This document shows positions 26,534 to 39,500 of a stretch of DNA of 64,000 bases, piece after piece. Position numbers and translations under genes: made by a program. Numbering within the stretch: position 1 is the stretch's first letter; each line of letters opens with the position of its first letter. The notes beneath the pieces were generated by a model. That model saw nothing but the letters and a program-made list of their open reading frames with translations. It was not told where the DNA came from and did not search any database. The stretch is from the NCBI GenBank assembly GCA_002633005.1, contig NMRA01000838.1, positions 1 through 64,000 on the forward strand. Reading direction: 5' to 3'. The DNA comes from Phoronis australis. Its lineage: Eukaryota; Animalia; Phoronida.

Positions 26534-29500
26534 GTGAGTAAATAGCCTCTGGCTGGTATGTCAATTTCTGGGGAAACAATTCTTTTAAGAAGTGTTGTAA
26601 AAAGATCAATGTTTCATCAACATGAAAGGTTTTGTATTAATTTGTGCTTTTCTTGATCGGGCACGTAATTGGTAATCAGTGGCCGTAAACATTCGAGCGC
26701 TTGAACAATAAAAAGAGGGAGACATACAACAAGGTCAATTGATCCTGGATAAACGCATTGACTTTTTCAAATTTGGTAGAACTAATTTTCAGTGTCTGGG
26801 TGATTTTTTAACATTACAATGCCAAGGAGTTTCCGTTGAAGTTTTATAAGAATTTAGAGTTTTATACAAACGTTTGTGGTATTACCTTTTAGATTAAATG
26901 CTGGTGACACGAATGTTCAAATTTGACCCAAAGTCAATGAACTACATGTATGTAATACACAGAAAATAGTTGAAAAAAACATCAAATATGTCGCATAGTT
27001 TTTTCTAAGTATATGGTGTAATTGGTCAATTTTCGAGTCGGGCCCTTATTATATGAACACGTCACGCCTGACTCACTGTCTTAGTTCAGTGAATGGTGAA
27101 TCTTTTATAACATTACAGATTTTGACATCATACAGCCGAGCCTGATACAACAAATGAGAACAATTTTGGACCAGTATCCAGACGACGGCCAGATTCTCAA
27201 GGTACCAAGCTAGTTGATATTTTAACCTGCAGTGAACCCGCGTTCTGTCTGTTTAAGTTATGAAACGGATCTCATATAACTTTCAAAATTCGGCTGTAGA
27301 GTGTTAAAAATGCAGACAACGCTTCACTGAAAATTCTATTGCTCACGCACAATGCACCTGATTGCATTGAGACCCGTTGTTTTTGAGGAAATTGAGAATA
27401 AAAATAAGCTGCTGCGGATGTTTCGAAATCATGGAAGTGAACACGGTACGTTTGCTATGGTTGATGGGGCATTTGAGAGAGAAATCTGTCAAGTGACTTT
27501 GGAAGGTCACCAGGTAGCTGATTGTAATATGTTACTTTCTCTGTGGATGGATGTGTGTTGGGCTGTTAGTGAATCAGTTTTTGTAATTCGAAACCAAAGG
27601 GCATTTGCATCTCTTCTGTAGGGATGAGATAGATGACACTTAAATTTTGAGTGGCACATATATCCATAAGGATAGGCAAATACGTGAAGATTCACAGAAT
27701 GAATGCGATATAGAGTAGGCGATTACAAGTCGACACTCTGTTTTTCTACAAAAGTAAACCTAAATTGGATTGTTTGTTCCCACTACATGGAGGACCTCGT
27801 AAATACAAATAACCACGCGTTATTTAGGCCTACTGGTAGCGGAAAGAGATATGTAGTACAGACTTTCCAATGTTTTTAGATTTACGGGCCTCTATTGCAA
27901 GGGAATTAATATAGGATACACAATATCAGCAGTGATGAAATGAAAGAATTGAAGCTGAATCCAAGGTGATGATATGATCTTTGTCTTGTAAAGTCCTAAG
28001 GGGTCTTGAAAGTATTTGCACTTTGTTGAAGAGCTCGATACAAATGGTATTGAAAGTTAGCCTGTTATCAACAATAACACCGATGTGAAACCGGTATTAC
28101 GGCAGTTAAAACAGGTAGTAACTAACCATCTACATATAGCATTGGTAACTTCTGACAAAATAGAGCGCTAGACTGATGCTTATAATTTTAGCAAATCTGT
28201 AGTTTCGTTAAATGGATACTGAACTCGGTTTCGCCGATTTCCCTGAAAATTAGTTCTCATACATGCGAATTTAAACTCCTTGGAAGACAAAACTGTTGCG
28301 TCACGAAATTGATCCTGGAGTTCTAAGTGGACGAACTGTTTCATAATATTAGCCATGCTTGATGATTCAGCGTAAGGGGTTTTTGGACTGAGAAGGGTCA
28401 TGTAGCGAATGGACGTTTTACTTCAAAGATTAAAATTCATCTTGTCTCTCGTTCAAAGGTTAACGACGATTGCTGCTGAAGCATTCACGGAGCAGTTTTA
28501 AGTCGTTTAAGTTAAGCCTCCACACAATTTGATAAATCCATATAAAAAATCCTACACGAGTCTCAGATTTATGACATGAGCACATCTTTTTCGAAATTTC
28601 GACAAAATCCCGAGAGATTTTGCCTTTGTCATCAACATGAGACGAGTGCAGGATTTGTTTTCTCACATGAACCGTAAAAACGATCTTTTTTGCCGAGGAG
28701 CTCGATTTGCCTAAAACTTTCAAACACATTAGGCAACCTCTGTAAAAACAAGCTTTTGTAATGTAAAGTAAACCCGGTTACTTGTTGTTAACTGTTTTAT
28801 TTTAAACTTAAGAATTGTAAATTTCATTCATCTTTCGTAACAAATATTCAAGTTAGAAAGTGATACATAGTCTTTGAAGTTGTAATATTAAAACTTAAAC
28901 AAAAACAGTCAGTAAGGCTTCCCCACACGAGCACTGAATTGACCTTGAGACAGCACAGCTAGAGTCTCACCGCGTTTCTTGAAATGGGGTTCGTCTCCGT
29001 TTGAATGAACGTGGATATAGAATTCGCCGCCGAAGATGGGTTCGTTTAAGACGTTATTTGCATGTCCTTCCTACAGAAAGTGCGTACAGTTGCGACATCC
29101 GACTTGTCAATGATAACCTTGTCACTTTCACGGGATTCCGGCATTGTTTGTTTGGCGCGCGTTTAGTCGTCTTTGTGTTTTGCAGACGTATGGATTTCTA
29201 CTTTGCACTACTTCGTAATTTGCCCGTTTTATATAAAAAAGATTCCGTACTCGGTGTTCTTAAAGGAGAATGCCACCCGACTTAATTAGTTTTTTTACCG
29301 ACTTAATCGGTCTATATCCACATCGCCTCATGTACGGTCGACCTCACCTTTCCGAGAGTTATAGCGTTAACCTGTAAGGAAGGTGAGAAAATACGCAGCG
29401 ACGTCAGTGGTTCGTCTGCAGAGTGAATGCCGCTATAATTCGGTGCATCGTTCTCGCTTGTCCGAACTATGAAGCTGCGAAGAAAGCGGGTATATCGTTT

Positions 29501-32500
29501 TTTTCGACTTCCTCGAGAGTCCGAAATACTTAGGAAGTGGCTTGCGGTAGTGAAGAATGAAAGGGACGCTGTTAATAGCATATTAATGAAGTAGTATGAA
29601 GCCGTAGTGAAACATCTCCGTGTCAGTGGCCGGTATTTCGTCGACAGTGAATTCTCTGACGAATTCCGGCTAACCAAAGAAGTATCCATACGTTCTGTTG
29701 TTTGTGCATGTTCACGGCGCCTCTCTAGTATTTCTTGATCAGTGCATTCCGGTTCGAGCTGATAGCCTGTGAAACCTAACGATCCAACCCGTGAAGTCTT
29801 CGTCGTATGAGCTCTTGACTAAGTCGGGATTGGCGCCGGGCGAGTTGCCAAGTAGACGTTTATTACTCTGCGTTCTGTTTCAAAATGAATCATTCTCATC
29901 CTAACCAATGCTTATATGAAACTGAAACAAAGTCTGTCTCATTAGATACAATTTGTAACGCCTTCGAGCGGCAAATGTTTTGAGAAGCCAGCAATGAATG
30001 AACCACTGCGTTACCGGCTTTTGATGCCGACAACAAAGGTAATTAAACGGGCTAATTCAGTGTTTGGTGACGGAAAGCTGTTGGGAAACAATTACTCGAT
30101 TTTATATGCTATGGTCAAATGTTAGGGGAATCTTTATTTAGAAATACAAATACAATATTCAAATCATTCATACTGTACAACCTTTGCCCTGACGGTCTGT
30201 GGAAGGGGAACCCGAATTCGCGGCCACTGACAAGTAAGTAGATTTTCAGTTTCGAGGCTAATTCACGTAAATAATTACGTGCACGTTATTTCTTTGGCTC
30301 AGTCTTTTATACCCTGTTCGTGATTGAAGGTTTAGTTTCCAACTGAAACTGGTTTATGTTCGTGCCAGTCACGGCGGCCGCGACCGGCTTGATCGGGTTT
30401 CGAGCCACTGGCCGGGATACGAGTCCAGTCTATCTGGCCGCGACGCCGGGCCTGGTGATCAGGTTCCGAGCCACTGGCCGGGATAACAAGCGTTTTGTGT
30501 GTTTAGAATTCAAAAAAATCACAAGTATAAACAACACAGATCTAGGTTCTCCTGTCGGTTGTATTTCACGGAAGAGTACTTCTAATTTATCTCTGAACAG
30601 ACCCCAAACTCATGCTACGGACCTTGATAAATTGGCCTGGCGAACTTTGTAGGCTACGGTGTGTCCAAATGCCAGTAAATCCGTAACAGCGAAATAAAAC
30701 AACACGTTTTTATAAGAACTCGGTGTATTTTTAAGGGTTTTACATCGAAGTTTGGTGATTTATTGGTGTTAAACTATGAATTCAAGCGATGACCTGACAC
30801 CACTAACCCATGTTGTGAACTGCTGAACAGACTGCGTGTGAAACCAATTACGTCATTGGATAATTTCAACACCTCCGTCTGCCGTCAGGTGTCAGGTAAT
30901 GCAACCGAACGTGCCGTTATCGAGAAGAACTACTGGATAAATTCAGTTGATACAAAATAGGTTGTTTTGGGATGGCATTCTCCTTTAACCAGTCGTGCCG
31001 TAACACATTCTAGGGCATGTGAGAAAAATCGCTATGTCAAAATTATTCATACTGTTAGCAGAAAACCTACTCTGGGCCTGACTGTGTCATGGCTACGTTT
31101 TCGACGCTTTGGTGGCAGAGGGATATACGAGAGTTCACAACAAAACACACTTAATAGCACAAAGTTTGAACATTGTAACACCTGCAGTAACACAAGTGTT
31201 AACATCGTCATTTTGTTATGAGAAGCATCATGGAGCTCTATGAGCATTTATTGTTTTCTCAGGAACTCATTCAAAATGCTGAGGATGCCAAAGCAAAGAC
31301 GATCAAGTTTTTATTTGACAAGTCGACTTATCCAGCAAATACGGACCAACTGGTCCATCCAGAACTTGTGCACTTTCAGGTAAGCAGTGTGGATAAAATT
31401 AAGGTGACGATGTTTTGATTAATTAACTGTATTTTAAAGCAGAGAACTCTACAGTTCTATGCTTCAAGTGAAATTGAGGCCTGAAATTGTATCAAATAAA
31501 CAAAGCTGAATATTATTACACAAACTAATTTCTGGCAGCACTTGAATAGAAACTTGGAAATACGCTTTGCGTTCATGTGGTCTTTTTTGGAGATTTTTAG
31601 TCATAAAAGTCTGCAGCACGCATCTTTTTCGTTTACTTATGTGATAAATCTTTCAAGCTCTTGTACAATGACAGGTTGGCTTCAAGATAATTAGCTCCAT
31701 GATTAATAACAAGTGAAAACGGGGAAAAAGCCAGTTGCGGATTTGGGGGGTCAAGGCACACATGGTCCTCTCTAAAATTCTCTCAGCATCCATTTGGGCG
31801 TTCGTGGGTGCGAATGTCTGACGGGCAAAATCAAAATCCTGGCTCATACTCTGCCCTCCCCTCCCCAACTCAAAATCCCGGATGATCCCCTGAAAGCTGA
31901 GTTTGGAATGTTACCAAAGCCAGAAGATCCATAAGGATTGACTTCATCTGACACATAAAAGATGTTACTTGATCGCAAGCATTTTGTTTCGCATGGCCTC
32001 GTCATTATGCTCCTCTTCAACTGATTCCGATTGGCTTACGTTGTTCAACTGTTGTTATGAGGACTGTAGCACTTACCACTGCTTCAAGTAAACTCGCCCT
32101 AGAAGATTAACGAGAAAAAGAAACACGTCTTGCTTTCCAAAATGATGTTTTCCCGTTTTAATATTTTTAGCGTACCTTTACTGGTGCAGCGCGCTGTAAT
32201 CGTGTATTTGAATGGATTTTGCTGCCCAGAGAGACAATTATACGGCAGTGGCAACGAGATTCAAAAACTGACAAACGCTGAACGTACGCACATGCCCCAA
32301 TTTTTGTAACAAATATATGAAGACATTCACTCGACTGTATTTCTTCATTAGCTGCTGATGCCCGTCCCACATTTCACTCGAACGTCACACTTACAAATTA
32401 ATTGGGAACCTTGGTGTTACGTTTATCGTTAGGTAGCCAGAGTGGAAGGAACAACAATTATTCGAGTGATAATGAAATACGTCTATTCGTGACCGTGGTT

Positions 32501-35500
32501 ATACAAGCAGTGAACGTACAACTACAAACTGATGGTGAAACCATCACGTGAATACATAACATAACACGTGTTCTCTAAAAATAGTACATGACGTAAACTA
32601 AATCATTCATACATCACACTCTTTCCTCCTGAGCTGAAACTACATATCGTTAGCAACTAGCATAAATACAACACTACATGAGAATCTGTTAAACAAATGT
32701 TTGTCACAGATATTACATGTACAAATCCAGTCTCTCTGGTTGTTTCACAGTTCGCTTTGAACGTCTCGGTAAATTGCATAGTCTCAGGTAATTGCACGTC
32801 TGGCGTTTTAGCTTCCACCAAGTCTGAGATGTCCGAATGCGATGCAGGCGATTCTGCTTCGGCTAACTCCGGTTTACTAACAGCAGTTTCCGGTGCTGTC
32901 TCAGAATCTCTGTTGACAACTGGGTTAAGTACCGGTGGTACTCCAAGTGTGTCATCGTGTTGATCGCGATATTTGGACATGTCCGATGACAGATATCGTG
33001 TGCACATCTGGTCTACATGTCGTTTCCACACTTGACCGTTTTCCAATACGACAACACATGACTTCGGTGCGGGTTTCTCCATCACCGTAGCTGGCTACCA
33101 TTTTTCTTTTACTTGGAAATCTTTGATAAACACTTCTTCACCGACCACAAAGTCCCGTTGGTGGCATTTCATGTCATAATAACGCTTTTGACTCTCCTGC
33201 TTGTCATGCACCTTTTCCTCCACGCTGGAGCGTATTGCAGATAACCGCGTTCTGAGTTCGCGACCCAGAAATAAAAATGCAGGAGACTGTCCCGTAGTGG
33301 CGTGTGCTGTCGATTGGTACGACAACAGAAAACTCGCAATCCGTTGTGCAAGCGACTTTCCGGTTGACTTGCTCGTACTCAGCGCACGTTTTAACGATTG
33401 TACCATTCGTTCTGCTGCCCCGTTACTCGCTGCGTGGTACGGTGCAACTAGCACTCGCTTAACCGCATTCATTTTCAAGAAATCTTTGAACTCTTGGCTT
33501 ATAAATTGCGGACCGTTATCATTAACGAATTGTACTGGTACTCCATATCTACCAAATAACTCTCGCAAAACCCCAATGGTCGCATTTGACGTAGTGCTGG
33601 TCATATGGAGTATTTCCGGCCATTTTGAGTGCGCGTCAATCACTATCAGAAAGTGTTGACCGTCCTTTTCCGCGAAGTCCGCGTGAACACGGTGCCAAGG
33701 CTTACTTGGCCACACCCAGGGCATTAGCGGTGTCGCAGCCTCGTTGGCTTAAAATGATTTTTAAGCAAGGTACATATGTCATTATATATTTCGTCGCCGG
33801 ACATGCGGGAAATGCTAAGCATGATTTTCTCCACCAAATTCGACCTTTGTTTTGACCCATTACGGTCATTTTGGCGATTGGGTCGTTTTGGACCAATAGG
33901 AACTATTTCGGCAAATTAGCTATATTTCCAAAAGCGATTGGTGGACTTTTAGTCTCCTCGTGTACCACCTGGAGGCTATTTTAATTTTAGTCTCGACTAG
34001 TATTTCGCGAATAGTTTTCAAAAATTAACTTTAAAAGCTATACAAGATCTAATGTAAGTCCTCAAACCATCACATGAGCATCACAGTTGATGTTATCCGC
34101 TATCTTGACTTAATAAACAGACTCTTTTAGATCTAGCGTGTTTTTGGCGCTGTTATGAGCCAGGATTTTTGTATTGTCCGAGTCTATGACATGATTGTAA
34201 ACAACATAATGGTTCGTAAAAACTACCTGTTTGCATTATAGCACGCTGAGCACTTCTGGGATAGCGTGAAGTGAGGAACTGTTTTCATGTCGGTTTTTTG
34301 TCTGGTCGATGCTCACGGGACCACTGGGCAATGACAATTAGGACTGCCCGGTTTACCAAGCACCAAGTTATAAGTAAACTCTCTTTCAGATAACTGTTCA
34401 TGAAATTTAAAGCTAATGATGGGTTTACATTATGTTTCCGGCACCCATGACAACCTCATTTCAGACTACCGTAACTGTTACAAAATTAACACGGCAGTCA
34501 CGGTAATGACGAAGAACCTAGTAGGTTGCAGTGAAGCGGGAGTAGGCCAAAACGCGACTGTACGTGATGTACCGTAAAAAACTTGGAGTGGACGTATAGA
34601 CATGTATTGCGTTTCGTCTCAAAGTTTGTTCGCCTTTTGTATCGGCCTACTCACGTGCGCGTTTTGTTACGGTTCCTTAGCGTCTTGTCCCATTTTGCCC
34701 CGTTTTATGAAGGTTCCTATGGTAAGCTAAGTTGTATGGTTGTCGTTTCGTCGCGTGCGGTCAAGGCGGGTACCAGGCATTTACAGGTTTCGTTCTACTA
34801 GAATCTGACATGACCGTGCTGTCTGGGAAGTCGTCATATAGAAGAATGTGTTCTCGATGCAGTGGCGGATCTAGGACATCACAAGGGTAGGCCAACATTT
34901 GGTTCCTATGGTAAGCTAAGTTGTATGGTTGTCGTTTCGTCGCGTGCGGTCAAGGCGGGTACCAGGCATTTACAGGTTTCGTTCTACTAGAATCGGACAT
35001 GACCGTGCTGTCTGGGAAGTCGTCATATAGAAGAATGTGTTCTCGATGCAGTGGCGGATCTAGGACATCACAAGGGTAGGCCAACATTTTGTCCTTAAAA
35101 ATTTGCTCAAAGCACGATTGTAGATGCGCATAGCACCGAATGGGGGGAGGTCGTGAGGGGGGTTTGCCCCCCTCCCGCCCAGGAAATTTTTCCGCTATTT
35201 CCTCTAAAAATCAAGCAATTTCCTTGATTCCCGAAGTATTATCCAAGATAAAAAGGCAAAAAGGTGTCAGACAGAAAAAAATGTAAGTGCGACAGACTAG
35301 AACTGACGACCAAGCGGACACAGCGCGCGTGCTTTACCACTGCACCACCACGATTTAACTACTAATTTGATACTAAGAGACCTATTTGTTTATGGTCCAC
35401 AACGTTTGCGCGTGAAACCTCCTTCTTTTTCTAATACTTATTACATGTTTTTTTATTTTGTGCAATCAGTTCGTAACAAATTTATTGTATTTAAATAGTC

Positions 35501-36553
35501 TTCAATTGCTCAAAAGACCAAATCCGCAATGACGCGTTACAAAATGAAGTAATTTTCTTTATTGCAAAGTGGAGCAGACGACGGAAACGGAGTCGTAGTG
35601 CCCAGAGCCACTGCCGGTCGCCTGAGATATCGCGAGAGAGCCTATACTTATCCATAGTTCCGTTACGACTGCGCCCTGTTCCGAATTTGACACTTGAAAT
35701 TGGAACTGAGCCCTCTCCCCCCCTCCCCCAAACATTTAAAACTGCACACAATTATATCTTGTTTCAGTCGTATAATTTTAATTACCGGGGTTAATTAAGA
35801 AACTCAACATTTCCCTACGCTCTCGCTGCCTTATTTTTTGCGGCAGCCAAGGGGGGCCCTACCCCCCCCCCCCCTAAATCTGCCTATGCGATGTCTCACG
35901 ACACAATTATCAGTGACTCAGTGACGCTTTGGACAGACGTCTTAATGCCGTGGGCACAAACAAACACCAAATCAAGTATTTTTCGTACGCAGAAGGCTTT
36001 GGCAGAACGTGAAAATATGCCAGACTTTGGGCAGAGCATAAGAAACGTGAGGCCGCATCAGAACGGAAGGGCCGGAGAAGGAGAATATACGGGCAACCGT
36101 AGTTGGCAGAAATGCGGCGAAAATTTGAAGCGGAAATCCGTACTCCCTAATTTCTTTACGGTCTGTGTTAGACAACAAGAAAACGTAGCGAGATCTAACA
36201 TAACTTGAACACGGAAAAACATTGCATAACGTTTGTGAACATGACGTAAATCTAGCATTTTATAGCCATGTCTACTATAGGGACCTGCACTCTATGCCTT
36301 CAACGACGCCACCTTTGGTGAAGAAGACTGGCTGGGAATTCGAACCATTTATGACAGCTTCAAGAAAGAAGACCCGATCAAAGTGGGTCGCTTCGGACTG
36401 GGCTTCAAATCTGTTTTTCATTTGACAGGTATTTTGCTAGTTCATTCAAAAGACCACTTGCAAGTTTCCCAACTGGCACTTAAGATGGCTATCAAATTGC
36501 ATACACTCGGATAAGTTTTGGAGCTGCAGACAGTCTTACAAACGGTGCTCGAC

Positions 36554-36589
<36 letters not shown>

Positions 36590-39500
36590 CTGTGAGTGTG
36601 TGTACCTATCTATCTGTCTGTCTGTCTGTCTGCCTGTCTGTCTGTCTGTCTGTCTCTCTGCTGTCTGTTTGTCTGTCTGCTGTCTGTCTGGTTGTATGCG
36701 TATTGTAGTACTGCATACAACTGTGGTTGTATGACGTGAGGATTGTTACATTTCAAGCAATCTGTCGTCAACAGAAGTGCGACAAATTGTTGCTTTGCGC
36801 TAAATCACAATTATTTAACAAATCCTTACGCATGCAAAGAGGAAGGAGGTTATCTCCTTAGTTATGATATACAGTTTTCAAAATTGAATAGCAGTGCTAG
36901 CTTTTATGTTCTCTGTGATGTATCTTGGTGTTATCTAAAATAATGATAACTTTTACAGTGAAAACTTAGGAGTTGTTCATCGATGGCACCATTGCTCAAA
37001 TGTATATTCGAGCGTGAAGTGATCGTGCAACATAGCTTATGTAATAAATGGGCTCGTACGGTTATTTTATCGTGTCCACACCACGTCACTGAACGTACAC
37101 CAGTTTGTGTTTATGTTCTTTTGTAGACTTGCCTGGCGTTCTAAGTGGAAACATGATTGGACTTCTAGATCCACATGAGAGGTATTTCCACGATGACAGA
37201 AATCGTCCACTGAAAGGAGCTTGCTGGCATCTAGCTGATATTGGCGATGATCAATCAGGGTTTTACACCCCGTTCACTGACCCTAACCTTGGTCTCGTTT
37301 TCAACAAGACGTTCGTCAGAAATAATTACTATCCTGGCACTTTATTTCGATTCCCGTTGAGGACAACCAGTAACAACTCAGAATTATGTACCGGTGAATA
37401 TCCTGTAGATAAGGTGAAAGTTCTCTTTGAGCAGTTTGAGCAGTACTCATACATGTGCTTGCTCTTCCTCTCGTCACTGGAGTCAATAGAGTTGTATATA
37501 CGCGAGTCTCTCGACCACAAACCAAAGATATTATTCAAAGTGGAACTAGCTGAAAAGACCAAATCCACTATAAGACAGAAACGACAGTCGTTTCTAGCGA
37601 ATATTGATACAAAAAACTGGTCAAACATTCCTGAATACTTGAGCCAGGAAATGATAATTCATTCACAAAGCAGTAAAAAAGCAAAACATCGTTGGCTGGT
37701 TACAAATTTTTTCGCAGGTGGTGATCGTCTGCCAAGACTAAAGCAACTGTTTCAAGAAAAGACATTGTATTATCTTCCCTGGGTAGCTGTTTCAATGTCT
37801 TTGGATCTTAACTTGCAGCCTCAACACCCTCAAGGTCACGTTTTTTGTTTCTTGCCACTTCCTGTGGAACAAAAGAGCCAAACGGGCCTACCTATCCATG
37901 TGAATGGATTCTTCGCCATTGATCAAAATAGGCGTCATTTGAAGTGGCCAAACGCCGAGCAACTGAGATCTGAGTTGACGGACAGGAGCTTGCTTTGGAA
38001 TCAAGCAATGCTAGAAGAAGCTGTGCCTCTGGCTTACACAGAGCTCATCCGGGAAGGAACAAGAATCAAGATTCCCCAAAATCTTATATACCAGGCAATT
38101 CCGTGTTTGGGAGTTGTAGACAGTAAATGGCTTCAAATGGTACATACTTTTCTAGATTACGTTACGACTATTCCTTTCCTTTACACCATACAAGGAGGCG
38201 GTCAACACATAACACTTGATCAAGCGTTGTTCAGCTTCCTTTCTGAGACGAAGCATCCAGACACGATTAATGCCATATTATTGAAAGCTGGCAGACATGT
38301 CGTCTGCGTTCCAGATCATGTGAAACTTGCATTGGAAAGATTCAACAAAGAGGTTGTCACTCCTGAACATTTGAGAAGAGCGGTGATGGACATTCAAAAT
38401 ACAATGGAACCATTTCCAGAAAGTGAATCTCATTGTATGGAGATCTTGGCCTATGCAGTAGCAGATGAGAATTACAGTGGCGTTGTTGACCTCAAGTTGC
38501 TGCCATTGGCAAGTGGACTCTTCACGGTATTCCACAAACAATACAGTGAACGAGACAAGGTTTACATTACAACACCCGATCACCCGGCTGAGTTATTTCC
38601 AGGACTTGAAAATCGACTTGCTTGTCACATGGTAGACCACAGGCGACAAATTCTAGAAGCAATTGCTTCATCTGGTAAGTTGACTTATTCTAAGCATTGC
38701 ATGAACTGCATGTAATGAACCTTTTAAGTTTGCGAAAAAACTGACAAGTAGGCCTACGTCATTCTGTTACTCGCATTGTTTGTTTCACAAGCTTAAAGAG
38801 TGCATTGTTGCCCGATTGACATGAAACGTATACACAGCCTAAGTTCGGAGAGATAAATGTTTTAAATAACACGGAGATATTGCAGATAATTAGAATTTCA
38901 TTCACAACACGTCATTTTCCATGAAGTTTTGAAAAAATGTCAGTAATATTAGTGGCTTTTTTTCAGGGAAAACAAACTTGGTATTGATGACAAGAGAGGA
39001 CGCCTTGAAGATGTTGTCTCTGGTCCTCCATTCGCCTGAATGTATGTATGTTGAATGGGATCTTGATAATGAAAAGCACATCACACGAGGTTGGATTGAA
39101 AAGTTGTGGAACTACCTAAACAAGATGTTCTTCGACGATCTTTGTCCTGTGGAAAATTTAATGCTCCTGCCGCTGAGAGCATTAAATGGTACATGGTACC
39201 TGAAACGGCTTACCAAGAGGAGTCCAGTAGTTTACAAGAACTCCGAAGACAACGATCTTCACGCTTCTATATTTGATTTCCTAAAACACGTAGGCATCTT
39301 CGTTGTAGATGAACTGTCGCCATTTGTCAAACGCCACTCGATGATTTGCGAGTATGTGAATTCGCTTTCGGTTTCTGGTATATTAAAGTGTCTGTCCTTC
39401 CTTGACCGTGATACGGTCGTTACAAAGATGACGTCACTCCTCCCGGATATGGTGTTAAAATTTCGCAAAGAACTTGCAAAAGCCGATGATTGCGTTCTCA

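Noticed and set aside
35318-35353. tRNA-like fragment on the minus strand (GTGGTGCAGTGGTAAAGCAC)
   Set aside because: Only an A-box-like piece, no B box or cloverleaf; at most a SINE relic inside a TIR element
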